64,000 nt of DNA from Candidatus Melainabacteria bacterium (GCA_033763415.1 JANRKP010000022.1:164015-228014); one strand, 5' to 3'. Shown: positions 1-9,945, counted from the stretch's first letter. Numbers and translations: made by a program. Notes: generated by a model from the letters alone, not told the origin.

Positions 1-635
1 TTGGTGCACTGATGATGGCGCTAATGGCGTTTATGATGACTCAGGGCAATTCAGCTATTGCACCAATGGTTATGTCCTTGATGGGTGCAGTGATGGGGCT
101 GATGTCGAGTGGCGGTGGTTCTGCCTTGTTGAATCAGCAACCTCAGCCAGGTGCTCAATCGAACGCATCTGCTTCTGGTTTAGCATCCTCATCCACTAAT
201 CCATTTCAGTTAAATTCAGCTCCTGCCTCACAAGCTTCGGGTCAAACATCCCAAACTGGTGATGTATTAGCCAATGCGGCCACTCAAATCGCTTCCTCAA
301 TGGGGGGTACTAAAAGTACAGGCTATTGTTACCGCGGTGTTGCCAATGCGCTTGATAAAATTGGAGTTAACGTGCATGGCCGCTCTGCTTATATGGCAGC
401 GGATCAGTTGGCGAATAATTCAAAAATGAAAGAAATTCAGGTTAGTTGCCCCACTAAGGCACCAAGAGGTGCAATTATTGTATGGGACAAAGGCAATGGT
501 CATGAGCATGGACACATTGAGGTGGCTTTGGGAAATGGGCAGGCTGCCAGTGATTATCAAGGCTCTATTATGACTCAATCTCGTTATGGCACTTCATTTA
601 GAGTGTTTGTGCCTGCTGATATGGCAACTGCTTAA
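1..635 (+). CDS. 5'-partial protein: M/S/Q/G-rich low-complexity N-terminus plus C-terminal CHAP/NlpC-P60-like peptidoglycan amidase domain
   Basis: Frame is open to the window edge. GYCYRGV (Cys) ... IIVW ... HGHIEV (His) ... SDY pattern of papain-like amidases. Confidence 0.6.
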   Translation, partial: GALMMALMAFMMTQGNSAIAPMVMSLMGAVMGLMSSGGGSALLNQQPQPGAQSNASASGLASSSTNPFQLNSAPASQASGQTSQTGDVLANAATQIASSMGGTKSTGYCYRGVANALDKIGVNVHGRSAYMAADQLANNSKMKEIQVSCPTKAPRGAIIVWDKGNGHEHGHIEVALGNGQAASDYQGSIMTQSRYGTSFRVFVPADMATA

Positions 636-744
636 AATAATATTTTCTTCCGTGTCTATCCCATTTGCTAATAGCTCGGGCTATCCTGAGCTTTTTCTTT
701 TTATGTTCAAGTAATTTTCTATAAATAGAAGGAACACTCTCATC

Positions 745-1143
745 ATGAGTACGTACAGTGTGCAATCCTCTAGCCCGCGTGCAATTCCTTCTGCCCCAGT
801 AGGTTCTTGGGGTGAACAGGCTTCTCGGCGGGAAATTATGCAGGCAGATGCAGTAGGAGGACAAATTAGTCAATACCTGGATCAGCTCCAATCATCGTCA
901 ACAGTAGGTTCTGCAACCGCTGCACCTGGTACCAGTGGACTTTTTCAGCCTCAAAATGTGTCTGCCAGCAATATTTCGCAACAGGCGAAAATGCCTTCAG
1001 GGGCTATTTCTTCTGGTGTCAATGATCAACTAATGACAGCATATTTAACGAGCGTTCAAACTTTATTGAGTCAGGGAGATGTGGTTATGGCAAATCAATT
1101 AATGAGTCAGTTAATTGTCGCTTTAAATCCTTCAGCGTCTTAA
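745..1143 (+). CDS. Hypothetical S/Q/A-rich, Cys-free protein
   Basis: 132-aa ORF with AGAAGGA RBS; C-terminal amphipathic segment MANQLMSQLIVAL. Confidence 0.6.
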   Translation: MSTYSVQSSSPRAIPSAPVGSWGEQASRREIMQADAVGGQISQYLDQLQSSSTVGSATAAPGTSGLFQPQNVSASNISQQAKMPSGAISSGVNDQLMTAYLTSVQTLLSQGDVVMANQLMSQLIVALNPSAS

Positions 1144-1150
1144 CTAAAGA

Positions 1151-2908
1151 TTAAACTGCTTGTTGTGATTTTATTTCCTCGGATCGAACCAGCAGTTGAT
1201 TTGCAAAGGACTCTGTTGTTTTATCCTCTTGCTCAACACCACTGGCCAACACGCTAAGAATGCTAAGTCTTTGTTCTCGCTGTTCTAATGGCTCTACTTT
1301 AGAATAAGTGCGTGTATGATTTTGTTCTGTTTTGATTAATTTTTTGACGTGTAAATGTTGATCCCCAATAGCTGCAATGATCGGCTGATGTGTAATAACA
1401 AAGACTTGCTGACCTTCTTGGGCAAGCCGCATTAATTCCTGTGCAACCGCTTGTGCAGACGGTCCGCTAGTACCTGTATCAATTTCATCAAAAAGGTAAC
1501 TTCGCTTTTCAGAAGCACTGGCTGTTAAAGAGGTGAGGGCAAGTAATACCCGAGAAAGTTCTCCGCCGCTGGCCACTTTATTCAGTGGCCGTAGGGATTC
1601 CCCTGGATTTGCTGAAAATAGAAATTCAATCTGATCGTATCCTTGAGTCGACCAATTGGATGTTTCCGTCATCTGCACTCTAAATTGTGCAGATGGAAGT
1701 GCCATTTGCTGTAGTGCTTGTGTGACCCGTAACTCCATCAGTTCTTTTAATTTATTTCTCTCAAGACTCAAGTGCTTAAAGATAGAAAGGGTTTTCATCT
1801 CAAGGTCATTTAGTTGTGTTTTTAATAATTCTGGCTCCATAATTTTACCAGATAAATCTTCTAGCTCGGTTTGTAATGTTTTCTGTCTATTGATTGCTTC
1901 TTCAATGCTGGGACCGTACTTTTTTTTAATTCTTTCCAATTCATCGAGTCGTTCAATCAAAATTTTCAATGTCTCTGGTTCTGTATTTAAGTCGGAATGA
2001 TAATGATATATTTCTTCAAAAACATCTTTCGTTTCTATCAGCAAACTGTCAATTTTCTCTACGTAGGGAGTTAGTTTATTGTCGATTCGTAAGATATTTT
2101 GCAACTCTTTTTGAACTTTATAAAGTTGCTGTATAATACCAGGAATTACTTCAGCCCTTCCCCACTCTGATTGATTATCGAGGACTTCCAGAATTTTTTT
2201 AGTGGTTTCCTTGAGTGTTTCTTGATGTGTCAATTTTGTAAGAAGATTTCTACATTCTACGTCTTCAGCGCTATTTTTCAGATTACCAGCTTGTAGCTCT
2301 TGCAGTTGAAATTCTATAAAGGCTTTCTGACGAAGCTGTTCTGAGTATAATGACGCTTGACTGACGCTGAGTTCTTTAATCTGCTTCCACTGTTGATATA
2401 TTTTTGAAGCCTCTTTTTTTAAATTTATAAGAACATCTCCGCCCAAAGCATCTAAAACACTCATTTGGAGCCCTGGTTGTAATAGTGATATCGATGCATG
2501 CTGGCTTTGAATTTCTAGGATATTAGGCTTGATCGTTTCTAAAAAACTTTTAGAAACCAAGGTGCCATTGACTCTGCAGCGACTGCTCGTTTCCGTAAAT
2601 TCTCTCGAAAAAACAAGACTTTCATTTTCTGTATCTATTTCTATTCCATTTTCTTTTAATATAGAGAGTAAGCGTGTTTGCTTTTGCTCTGGTGTTACAT
2701 CAATTGTTACTTCAACTTTTCCGCTCTTGGCGCCGGTCCGTAAAATATTTTTGGAATGAACAGAACTACCAAATGCCCAATGAATGGCGTCTGTTAACAA
2801 GCTTTTCCCAGCGCCTGCCTCTCCTGTAATCACTGTGATTCCAGGTTTAAATTCAATGATTTGCTTTTCAAAAACAGCAATATTTTCGATGTTGAGCGCA
2901 GTAATCAT
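1151..2908 (-). CDS. recN: DNA repair protein RecN
   Basis: TGEAGAGKS Walker A, coiled-coil middle, ASGGELSR signature, FDEID Walker B, ITHQP. Confidence 0.95.
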   Translation of the reverse strand: MITALNIENIAVFEKQIIEFKPGITVITGEAGAGKSLLTDAIHWAFGSSVHSKNILRTGAKSGKVEVTIDVTPEQKQTRLLSILKENGIEIDTENESLVFSREFTETSSRCRVNGTLVSKSFLETIKPNILEIQSQHASISLLQPGLQMSVLDALGGDVLINLKKEASKIYQQWKQIKELSVSQASLYSEQLRQKAFIEFQLQELQAGNLKNSAEDVECRNLLTKLTHQETLKETTKKILEVLDNQSEWGRAEVIPGIIQQLYKVQKELQNILRIDNKLTPYVEKIDSLLIETKDVFEEIYHYHSDLNTEPETLKILIERLDELERIKKKYGPSIEEAINRQKTLQTELEDLSGKIMEPELLKTQLNDLEMKTLSIFKHLSLERNKLKELMELRVTQALQQMALPSAQFRVQMTETSNWSTQGYDQIEFLFSANPGESLRPLNKVASGGELSRVLLALTSLTASASEKRSYLFDEIDTGTSGPSAQAVAQELMRLAQEGQQVFVITHQPIIAAIGDQHLHVKKLIKTEQNHTRTYSKVEPLEQREQRLSILSVLASGVEQEDKTTESFANQLLVRSEEIKSQQAV

Positions 2909-2924
2909 GTCTAGGCTTTCTGTG

Positions 2925-2947
2925 CGAAGTTATGTTTGGTGATTATA
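2925..2947 (-). promoter_or_regulatory. recN -10 (TATAAT) and adjacent SOS-like box
   Basis: + strand CGAAG-TTAT-GTTTG at 2925-2938; ATTATA at 2942-2947 is TATAAT on the - strand. Confidence 0.5.
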
Positions 2948-3118
2948 GCTTTTTTACGCGTATTTCCGCAATACACTGCTTTGTTTTGTGTGAAGCTAGC
3001 GTTATTGTGGTGTACTTTGCGTTACATTTTTAAATATTTGCCATTGCAAAGCGACTTTTTGCTATTATGATCGCAATTTGGCTCTGTAAAAGTTCTTTTT
3101 TGCTAGGCGTTGTTATAA

Positions 3119-5191
3119 ATGGGCTGCCTGTTTTTAACTATCAAAAAAATAATTTTGCTATCGATTCTTCTTTTTCTGATAGGCATCGGAGGATATTTGT
3201 TTTATTTGAATGCAGCTTTGCCAGATGTGCAGGATCGCATTCGTGCTGGAATTGAGCCAACGGCAAGCTCTCGTATTTTTGCTAAAGATGGCTCTGTTAT
3301 CCGTACGCACCAAAATTATCATTATAAACCTTTGCCGCTTTCGGAAATGCCAGAGTTTTTAGTAAGTGCAATGGTGGCTACGGAAGACAGGCGCTTTTTT
3401 GATCACCACGGTGTTGATTTGGTGGGCATTTTTCGCGCGCTGTGGGTGAATTTGCTTTCGGGGGAGCTTCGTCAGGGAGGGAGTTCTTTGACGCAGCAAT
3501 TGGCGAAAAATATTTTCCTTTCGAACGATAAAACGTTAGAAAGAAAATTAAAAGAAACATTACTTGCTTTTAAATTGGAAAGAGAGCTCACTAAAAGCCA
3601 GCTACTTGAGCTTTATTTGAATTATGTTTATTTTGGGGAGGGGGCTTATGGTGTTGGGGCGGCCAGTGAAGTTTTTTTTGGTAAAGAACCCCAAAATCTT
3701 ACGTTGTCTGAGATCGCTTTATTGGTGGGCCTTCCTCAGGCGCCTACGCGCTACAACCCCTATGTTAATTTGTCTTTAGCAAAAGAGCGTCGCTCTCAGG
3801 TTTTGCACAAGCTTTTAGAGGCAAGTTTGATTACAGAGGCTCAGCTTGATCGTTTTGAGAACGCTCCTGTTTGGTTAAATCCCTCTGGTAAGTTGCTTTC
3901 TAGAGCGGATAAGCACCCTTATTTCAATCGTATGGTTTTGAGTGAGGCGCTTTCTTTTCTCAACATTCAAGAGGATGATTTCTGGGCTTCTAATTTCCGA
4001 ATTTATACTACTTTGGATCCTGTTTCTCAGCGGGCGTCGGAGCGCTCGATTCGACAGGCTTTTTCCTCCAGTGGCGGGCGTCCTCAGGTGGCTTTGTTAA
4101 TGCTGGATGGTAACGGGCGCATGCTGGCTTATATTGGAGGGCGGGGCTATAGTGTTAGCCAATTTGATCGGGTTTCTTTGTCGAAGCGCAATGTGGGCTC
4201 TCTGATCAAGCCATTTGTGTATACAGTGGCCTTGGAGAAAGGAATGTCACCTAAAACGGTTTATTATGATGAGCCAGTGCAATTCAATACGAGTAAGGGC
4301 GTTTGGCAGCCCAAGAATTACGATGCCTCTCATAAAGGCTATTTGAATCTGGCACAGGCTTTGGCGTATTCCAATAATATTATTGCGGTTAAGTTGATGC
4401 GCGATGTGACGCCGGATTCTGTTATTAAATTGTTACGCCAGTGTAATATTCGCTCACAAATTGAGCCTAGCCTTTCTTTAGCTTTAGGTTCTGCTAGCTT
4501 GTCTTTGTCGGAAATAACAGCTGCTTATCAAGTTTTTCAAAACGGTGGTTATTATTATCCACCTTATGCAATTGAGGCGATTACCGATTCTAAAGGCAAT
4601 GTGTTGTATCAGCATCAGGAAAAAAGCGTTAGGGTTATTTCTCCAGCGATTCGAGATACAATGGTTCGTATGTTGAGTGGTGTTTTGCTCTATGGCACAG
4701 GAAAACATGCTTTGTTGCCTTGGCAGGCCGCTGGAAAAACTGGCACAAGTGATGATCATCGAGACGCTTGGTTTGTAGGTTTTACGTCAAATCGTACGTT
4801 AGGTGTTTGGCTCGGGAATGATGATAATGCGCCAATGTCAGCTATTAGTGGAGGAGGCTTGCCTGCAATTATTTGGCGTCGTTCAATGCTTTCTTCCCTT
4901 GGTGGGTCGGCGGTTCAGCCTTTCTCGCTCACAGAAGGAGAAATTGTGCAGCCGCAAGATTATTCTAGTGTTGATTTAGCGTATCTTAGTCCAACCGAAA
5001 AGCCTGTATTGGTTAGACAAATGGAAGGTTGGTGGAAAAACATAACTGAGCCATTTATGAATAAAAATCATGAAGAAGGTGTTTTTCCTGATAAGGAGAA
5101 TAATGCTCAGCCAAATGAGGGGAAATCCTCCAATACTGCTTCAAAAAGGGAGGATATTCTTCAGAAAATAATTGATTGGTCTGGTTTATAG
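3119..5191 (+). CDS. Class A penicillin-binding protein (PBP1A family)
   Basis: N-terminal TM helix, EDRRFFDHHG and GGSSLTQQ transglycosylase motifs, SLIK/SNN/KTG transpeptidase motifs. Confidence 0.95.
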   Translation: MGCLFLTIKKIILLSILLFLIGIGGYLFYLNAALPDVQDRIRAGIEPTASSRIFAKDGSVIRTHQNYHYKPLPLSEMPEFLVSAMVATEDRRFFDHHGVDLVGIFRALWVNLLSGELRQGGSSLTQQLAKNIFLSNDKTLERKLKETLLAFKLERELTKSQLLELYLNYVYFGEGAYGVGAASEVFFGKEPQNLTLSEIALLVGLPQAPTRYNPYVNLSLAKERRSQVLHKLLEASLITEAQLDRFENAPVWLNPSGKLLSRADKHPYFNRMVLSEALSFLNIQEDDFWASNFRIYTTLDPVSQRASERSIRQAFSSSGGRPQVALLMLDGNGRMLAYIGGRGYSVSQFDRVSLSKRNVGSLIKPFVYTVALEKGMSPKTVYYDEPVQFNTSKGVWQPKNYDASHKGYLNLAQALAYSNNIIAVKLMRDVTPDSVIKLLRQCNIRSQIEPSLSLALGSASLSLSEITAAYQVFQNGGYYYPPYAIEAITDSKGNVLYQHQEKSVRVISPAIRDTMVRMLSGVLLYGTGKHALLPWQAAGKTGTSDDHRDAWFVGFTSNRTLGVWLGNDDNAPMSAISGGGLPAIIWRRSMLSSLGGSAVQPFSLTEGEIVQPQDYSSVDLAYLSPTEKPVLVRQMEGWWKNITEPFMNKNHEEGVFPDKENNAQPNEGKSSNTASKREDILQKIIDWSGL

Positions 5192-5263
5192 CCACTTTTA
5201 AGTGAATATCTTATACAGGTGCGCCGTCCCCCCCCTTTTGGTATCTAAATGTTTCAAGCCTTT

Positions 5264-5302
5264 CGAAAATTTGTTTGATTTTTTTTGGCCTCCCGCTACA
5301 AT
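5264..5302 (+). promoter_or_regulatory. recA sigma70-type promoter with overlapping SOS-like box
   Basis: TTGATT (5275-5280)-N16-TACAAT (5297-5302); CGAAA-ATTT-GTTTG at 5264-5277 overlaps the -35. Confidence 0.5.
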
Positions 5303-5384
5303 GTTGTTAATGTAAATGTTGGCGGATTCTGATGCGTTGATAGTGCCCGAGTTCGGTAGGGCGTTGATGTAGAAAGGTACTGTA

Positions 5385-6497
5385 ATGGCGAAGCAACAAG
5401 AAAAAGAAGCTTTGGCGTTGACTGAAGATGATGCATTACTCGCTGAGCGACGCCGAGCGCTTCGCTACACGCTTGAAAAAATAGAGAGAGACTTCGGAAA
5501 AGGCGCCATTATGAAGCTTGGCGATCGAACGGGCATTAGCCTGGATGCGATTCCAACGGGTGCTCTCTCATTAGATCTCGCTTTGGGAGTGGGTGGGCTG
5601 CCCCGTGGTCGTATTGTTGAAATCTACGGGCCGGAATCGAGTGGTAAAACCACTTTGACTCTCAGCGTGGTTGCTCAGGCTCAGAAAACGGGTGGAATTG
5701 CTGCTTTTGTAGATGCAGAGCACGCTCTGGATCCTGAGTACGCCCAGCGTTTGGGTGTTAATATCGATGAATTGTTAGTCAGTCAGCCAGATACTGGCGA
5801 ACAGGCTTTAGAAATTACAGAACAGTTAGTCCGCTCGGGTGCTGTAGATGTTGTTGTGATTGATTCGGTGGCGGCCTTGGTTCCCAAGGCTGAAATAGAG
5901 GGTGAAATGGGAGACGCACACGTCGGCCTTCAGGCTCGCCTTATGAGTCAAGCGCTTCGAAAACTTACGGCAATTGTAGGGAAAACGCGTACTACGGTTG
6001 TTTTCATTAATCAGCTTCGCCAAAAAATTGGCGTTATGTATGGTAATCCAGAAACGACGACAGGTGGCAACGCTCTCAAGTTTTATGCAAGCGTTCGTCT
6101 TGATATTCGTCGCGTAGAAACCCTGAAAAAAGACAGTGAAGAGTACGGTAACCGCGTGAAAGTCCGCGTTGTAAAAAACAAGGTGGCACCGCCGTTTCGT
6201 GTTTCGGAGTTTGACATTCTCTTTGGTGAAGGAATTTCTACAGAAGGTTGCGTGTTGGATGTTGCGGCAGATTTGGCTATTGTTAAGAAGGCCGGAACTT
6301 GGTACAGTTACCAAGATGAACGCCTAGGGCAAGGGCGAGAGAAATCACGCGATTATCTGAAAGATAATCCAGCATTATTACAGGCAATTGATACAGAGGT
6401 TCGGGCTAAAATCGCTTTGATGCGCTCCTCGAAAGAGCGTCAAGAGACGCCATCCTCTCCAGAGATTGAAATGGAAGACACGGCACTGCCTGTTTAA
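5385..6497 (+). CDS. recA: Recombinase A
   Basis: [35 protein letters not shown]. Confidence 0.99.
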   Translation: MAKQQEKEALALTEDDALLAERRRALRYTLEKIERDFGKGAIMKLGDRTGISLDAIPTGALSLDLALGVGGLPRGRIVEIYGPESSGKTTLTLSVVAQAQKTGGIAAFVDAEHALDPEYAQRLGVNIDELLVSQPDTGEQALEITEQLVRSGAVDVVVIDSVAALVPKAEIEGEMGDAHVGLQARLMSQALRKLTAIVGKTRTTVVFINQLRQKIGVMYGNPETTTGGNALKFYASVRLDIRRVETLKKDSEEYGNRVKVRVVKNKVAPPFRVSEFDILFGEGISTEGCVLDVAADLAIVKKAGTWYSYQDERLGQGREKSRDYLKDNPALLQAIDTEVRAKIALMRSSKERQETPSSPEIEMEDTALPV

Positions 6498-6655
6498 TAT
6501 TGTTATTATTGTTTCTTTTTGTTAAAAATTAAAAGGCTATTGGATAATAGTGCTCCTTTTCCATTCCCGTTCTATTCCCGGTTTCTAATCATGCTTGTGC
6601 AGTCTACTTTGTCTGTTAAGGCTTTGGTAAGGACAGTAGTTGAAAGATACAATAA

Positions 6656-7504
6656 GTGATGACTCCCTTAACAGACAAGAAAATGCTCCAGTTATTGTTT
6701 TTTGGCGATATTGTAGGCCGTGTAGGCAGAAAGGCCGTAGAAACCTACTTAAGCAGTCGGTTGCCTGAGCCAGTAGATATTGTTATTGCGAACGTTGAAA
6801 ATGCTTCTCACGGGTTTGGCCTAACAGAAAAGCATTACTATGAGCTCAATCGCATGGGCATCCATATTATGACGGGTGGCAATCATAGTCTGGATCGTAA
6901 AGAAACGCATCAGTTTATTGAATCTGCTCCTTATTTGTTACGGCCTGCTAATTTTTTTACAGGCACACCAGGCTGTGGTGCGAAGGTATACGATATTGCC
7001 GGATTCAAGATTGCGGTTTTAAATTTGATTGGGCAAGTTTTTATGGGGAACTACAATTCTCCTTGGGAATATTTGGATGAATGGGTGCCGCAGCTGTTAA
7101 ATGAAACGCCTATTGTGTTTGTCGATTTACATGCGGAAACGACTGCCGAAAAAATTTGTATGGCTCGTTATGCTGCGACACTGGGTGTGAGTGCAATGGT
7201 TGGTACGCATACCCACGTGCAAACTGCCGATGAGCGAATTTTGAATCATCGAATGGGCTATATTACGGATGTAGGCTTTAACGGCGGCTACGATAGTGTG
7301 ATTGGAATGGATCCCACGTCGTCTCTTAATAAAATGCGCTCACATTCTCCAACCCGTTTGGAAGTGAGCGAGTGCCAAACGGTCCAGGTAAATGCCGTTC
7401 GTTTTGAAATTGAGGCAGCCACAGGCGTCTGTATTCAGGTACAACGTGTGATGGATGTATTCAGTCTGGCCAACACGGATCTGTCTACTTCTATTGGACG
7501 ATGA
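6656..7504 (+). CDS. ymdB: YmdB/TIGR00282 family metallophosphoesterase
   Basis: GDIVG, NVEN, TGGNH, DLHAETTAEK, GTHTHVQTAD. Confidence 0.92.
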   Translation: MMTPLTDKKMLQLLFFGDIVGRVGRKAVETYLSSRLPEPVDIVIANVENASHGFGLTEKHYYELNRMGIHIMTGGNHSLDRKETHQFIESAPYLLRPANFFTGTPGCGAKVYDIAGFKIAVLNLIGQVFMGNYNSPWEYLDEWVPQLLNETPIVFVDLHAETTAEKICMARYAATLGVSAMVGTHTHVQTADERILNHRMGYITDVGFNGGYDSVIGMDPTSSLNKMRSHSPTRLEVSECQTVQVNAVRFEIEAATGVCIQVQRVMDVFSLANTDLSTSIGR

Positions 7505-7643
7505 GATTTAAAAATCCCCGGCGGAAGCACATGAGCAGGGATGAACTTTTTCCGTACTTCGGTTATACTACAAGCAGAGACTTTAGAAAGGATGGTTTAG
7601 AGCGATCATACCCACCCAAGACTACGGTGAGTTTACTATTGAC

Positions 7644-8288
7644 ATGGCTGCACAATGGTTAGAAGTGCAGCTTGCTTCTAATAAGCAGAGGCTTTTGCAT
7701 TCACTTGGGGCTTATGAAAAAGCATTGGAGCTGGCAGAGCAATTTGCTTGTGAGCCTGTCGCCCGAGAGCAGATTGGTATTGCAAGTCTGTTGCACGATT
7801 GCGCCAAGTTATGGTCTCCGATGTTGTTGTTACAGCATGCGGTAGAGTATCAATTGCCCCTTTCAGACTGGGACCGCTTAACGCCGCAGACGCTTCATCC
7901 GTTTGTGGGTGCGCATTTGGTGCAGCAGCAGTTTGGCATTGAAGATCCGGTGATTTTAGATGCAATTCGCTACCATACAACGGCTAGAGCCGGTATGCGA
8001 TTTGTAGAAAAAATTGTGTATCTGGCCGATAAGCTGGAAGGGAATACGCGAAACCCCCTATTCGTACAAAAGGTGAATCGCTTGTTGGAGTTTCGCAATC
8101 CTGCCAGTGTGGATCAAGCCATGCTGTTTTTGTTGGATTCAACGCTTCAGTTTTTAATTGAAAAACAGCAAATCATTCATCCTAGAACAGCGGAAGCTCG
8201 GAATGATTTTGTGATAAGACTGAAAGAGACCCGTAGCGTCACAAATCTTGCAAAGCCGAAGTTAACCCCTGGGGCGGGCCAACATTGA
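7644..8288 (+). CDS. yqeK: YqeK family HD-domain Ap4A hydrolase
   Basis: RLLHS, LLHDCAK, AIRYHTT, YLADKLE; adjacent to rsfS. Confidence 0.88.
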   Translation: MAAQWLEVQLASNKQRLLHSLGAYEKALELAEQFACEPVAREQIGIASLLHDCAKLWSPMLLLQHAVEYQLPLSDWDRLTPQTLHPFVGAHLVQQQFGIEDPVILDAIRYHTTARAGMRFVEKIVYLADKLEGNTRNPLFVQKVNRLLEFRNPASVDQAMLFLLDSTLQFLIEKQQIIHPRTAEARNDFVIRLKETRSVTNLAKPKLTPGAGQH

Positions 8289-8359
8289 ATGTTGATGCGG
8301 CCTCGTGCTTAAACGGAAATGTTCAAACGGATTACCAACACAACAGAGGAGAACCGAAT

Positions 8360-8752
8360 TTGACAGTCAGCCAACCATCGTCTTTACTGCCAAGCCCCCT
8401 GGAAGTGGCAACTTTGGCCGCAAATGTGGCGGAAGCAAAACAGGCGGGCGATACCCAAATTTTAGAAATTGGCCACGTTTCCTGTTTGGCGGACTATTTT
8501 GTGGTTTGTTCAGGTGATAGTGCCCCGCAACTCAGGGCGATTTTCGATTCCGTAACGGAAGCCTTAAAAGCAGCGGGCATTACCATACTGGGCCAAGAGC
8601 GTGATCAATCCGGGCGCTGGTTTTTGGTTGATTGTGGCGATGTAATTGTGCACGTAATGCACAGCCAGGAGCGGGCCTATTACCAATTGGAGCGCTTTTG
8701 GTCTCACGCCACACAGCTTTCAAAAAATACGTGGCTTCAACAGGCCTCCTAG
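8360..8752 (+). CDS. rsfS: Ribosome silencing factor RsfS (Iojap)
   Basis: ADYFVVCSG, WFLVDCGDVIVHV, RAYYQLERFW; TTG start after AGAGGAG. Confidence 0.93.
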   Translation: MTVSQPSSLLPSPLEVATLAANVAEAKQAGDTQILEIGHVSCLADYFVVCSGDSAPQLRAIFDSVTEALKAAGITILGQERDQSGRWFLVDCGDVIVHVMHSQERAYYQLERFWSHATQLSKNTWLQQAS

Positions 8753-8792
8753 CGTGCCAAGGGAGGTGCATTAGCAGAAATTTTGAAGAGTC

Positions 8793-9158
8793 TTACTCGG
8801 TTTCGTAGTAATAGGCGCACTGAATGGGCGTTTCAAAGATGCATACCTTGTAAACTTCCGGGATGGCTGCTTTCATATGCTGGTAGATGAGCCGTGCTAA
8901 AAATTCGCTACTGGGGCTAATGCCCTGGCCAATCAGTGGATTTTCATTCAAATCGGTATGGTCTAGTTGCGCCAAAATGTTGTCGAGTTCTCGTTTCATA
9001 ATCCCGTAGTCAATAAACATGTTGGCTTCATCCAACCGATCTCCGCGAGCCCAGGCCCGTACCACCCAGTTGTGCCCGTGTGGGCGTTCGCACTTGCCAT
9101 TATAGTTTAGTAGGTGGTGTGCGGCGCTAAAAGTGCGCTCTACCTGAACTTCAAACAT
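8793..9158 (-). CDS. queD: 6-carboxy-5,6,7,8-tetrahydropterin synthase QueD
   Basis: FSAAH, CERPHGHNW, LDHTDLN, SSE, ET motifs; ATG at 9158 after AAGGAA. Confidence 0.92.
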   Translation of the reverse strand: MFEVQVERTFSAAHHLLNYNGKCERPHGHNWVVRAWARGDRLDEANMFIDYGIMKRELDNILAQLDHTDLNENPLIGQGISPSSEFLARLIYQHMKAAIPEVYKVCIFETPIQCAYYYETE

Positions 9159-9396
9159 AGGACCATGTTCCTTTAGTTTTAAAAAAGGGGCTTTCGGTTG
9201 ACGAGATAGCGCGTGACCCCTGCACAAGGCCATTCTTACGCGGCTTACTTGTTGTCACGCCACGGAATTCTTTTGTCCGCTTGCGAGCTGCCATTATAAT
9301 AAAGACAGAAATGCAATCCAATCCTATGGCCATTCTTTAAACTTGTTTATAGAATAATTTGATAGAAATTTTGAAGAGCGCGAGGAATTCTGGTTC

Positions 9397-9702
9397 GTGC
9401 CAGCGACAAACAAAAAAAAGCTTACGCCAAGCCGTAAAAAGCCCTGGCTGTTGTTTGTACTGATGGGGCTTATTGTAATAGCGCTTGCTTGGATGTATGT
9501 TAACCGACCGAACCGCTATTATACCAAGGGCTGGGCAGATAAATCGGCCTTGGAGGCTGAACGCAAAGAGAGAATCAAGCGCATACAAGAAAAAACCTCT
9601 GCTCAAGAGAAAGAAACGCCGCCGTCTCGCCAGCCGGTGCCCCCGGGTTTTAGCGAAAAGGATATCAAGAAGTATCGCGGCAAGGGATACGATACCTTTT
9701 AG
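9397..9702 (+). CDS. Hypothetical single-pass membrane protein
   Basis: GTG start after GAGG; basic N-terminus, hydrophobic WLLFVLMGLIVIALAW, charged tail. Confidence 0.55.
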   Translation: MPATNKKKLTPSRKKPWLLFVLMGLIVIALAWMYVNRPNRYYTKGWADKSALEAERKERIKRIQEKTSAQEKETPPSRQPVPPGFSEKDIKKYRGKGYDTF

Positions 9703-9945
9703 AGCGCTTGAGCCACCCCCCTGGCTTTTTTGTGCTGCTTTTGGGCGCTTTCGATCGTGGCCCGCATGGGTAGAAATCCAGCGCATGGTGGATTTCACTC
9801 TGTAGGATGTATCAAGCCTGGACGACTTTCGCCGAAACCCCAACAACAGATAACGATGCTGTCGATCCCGATAGCGGTCTAGTTACGATTTCTCTGCGCG
9901 GTCTCCCCTGCGTAGCGGTTCCACTTTGGCGGAAAGGGCCTTGCA

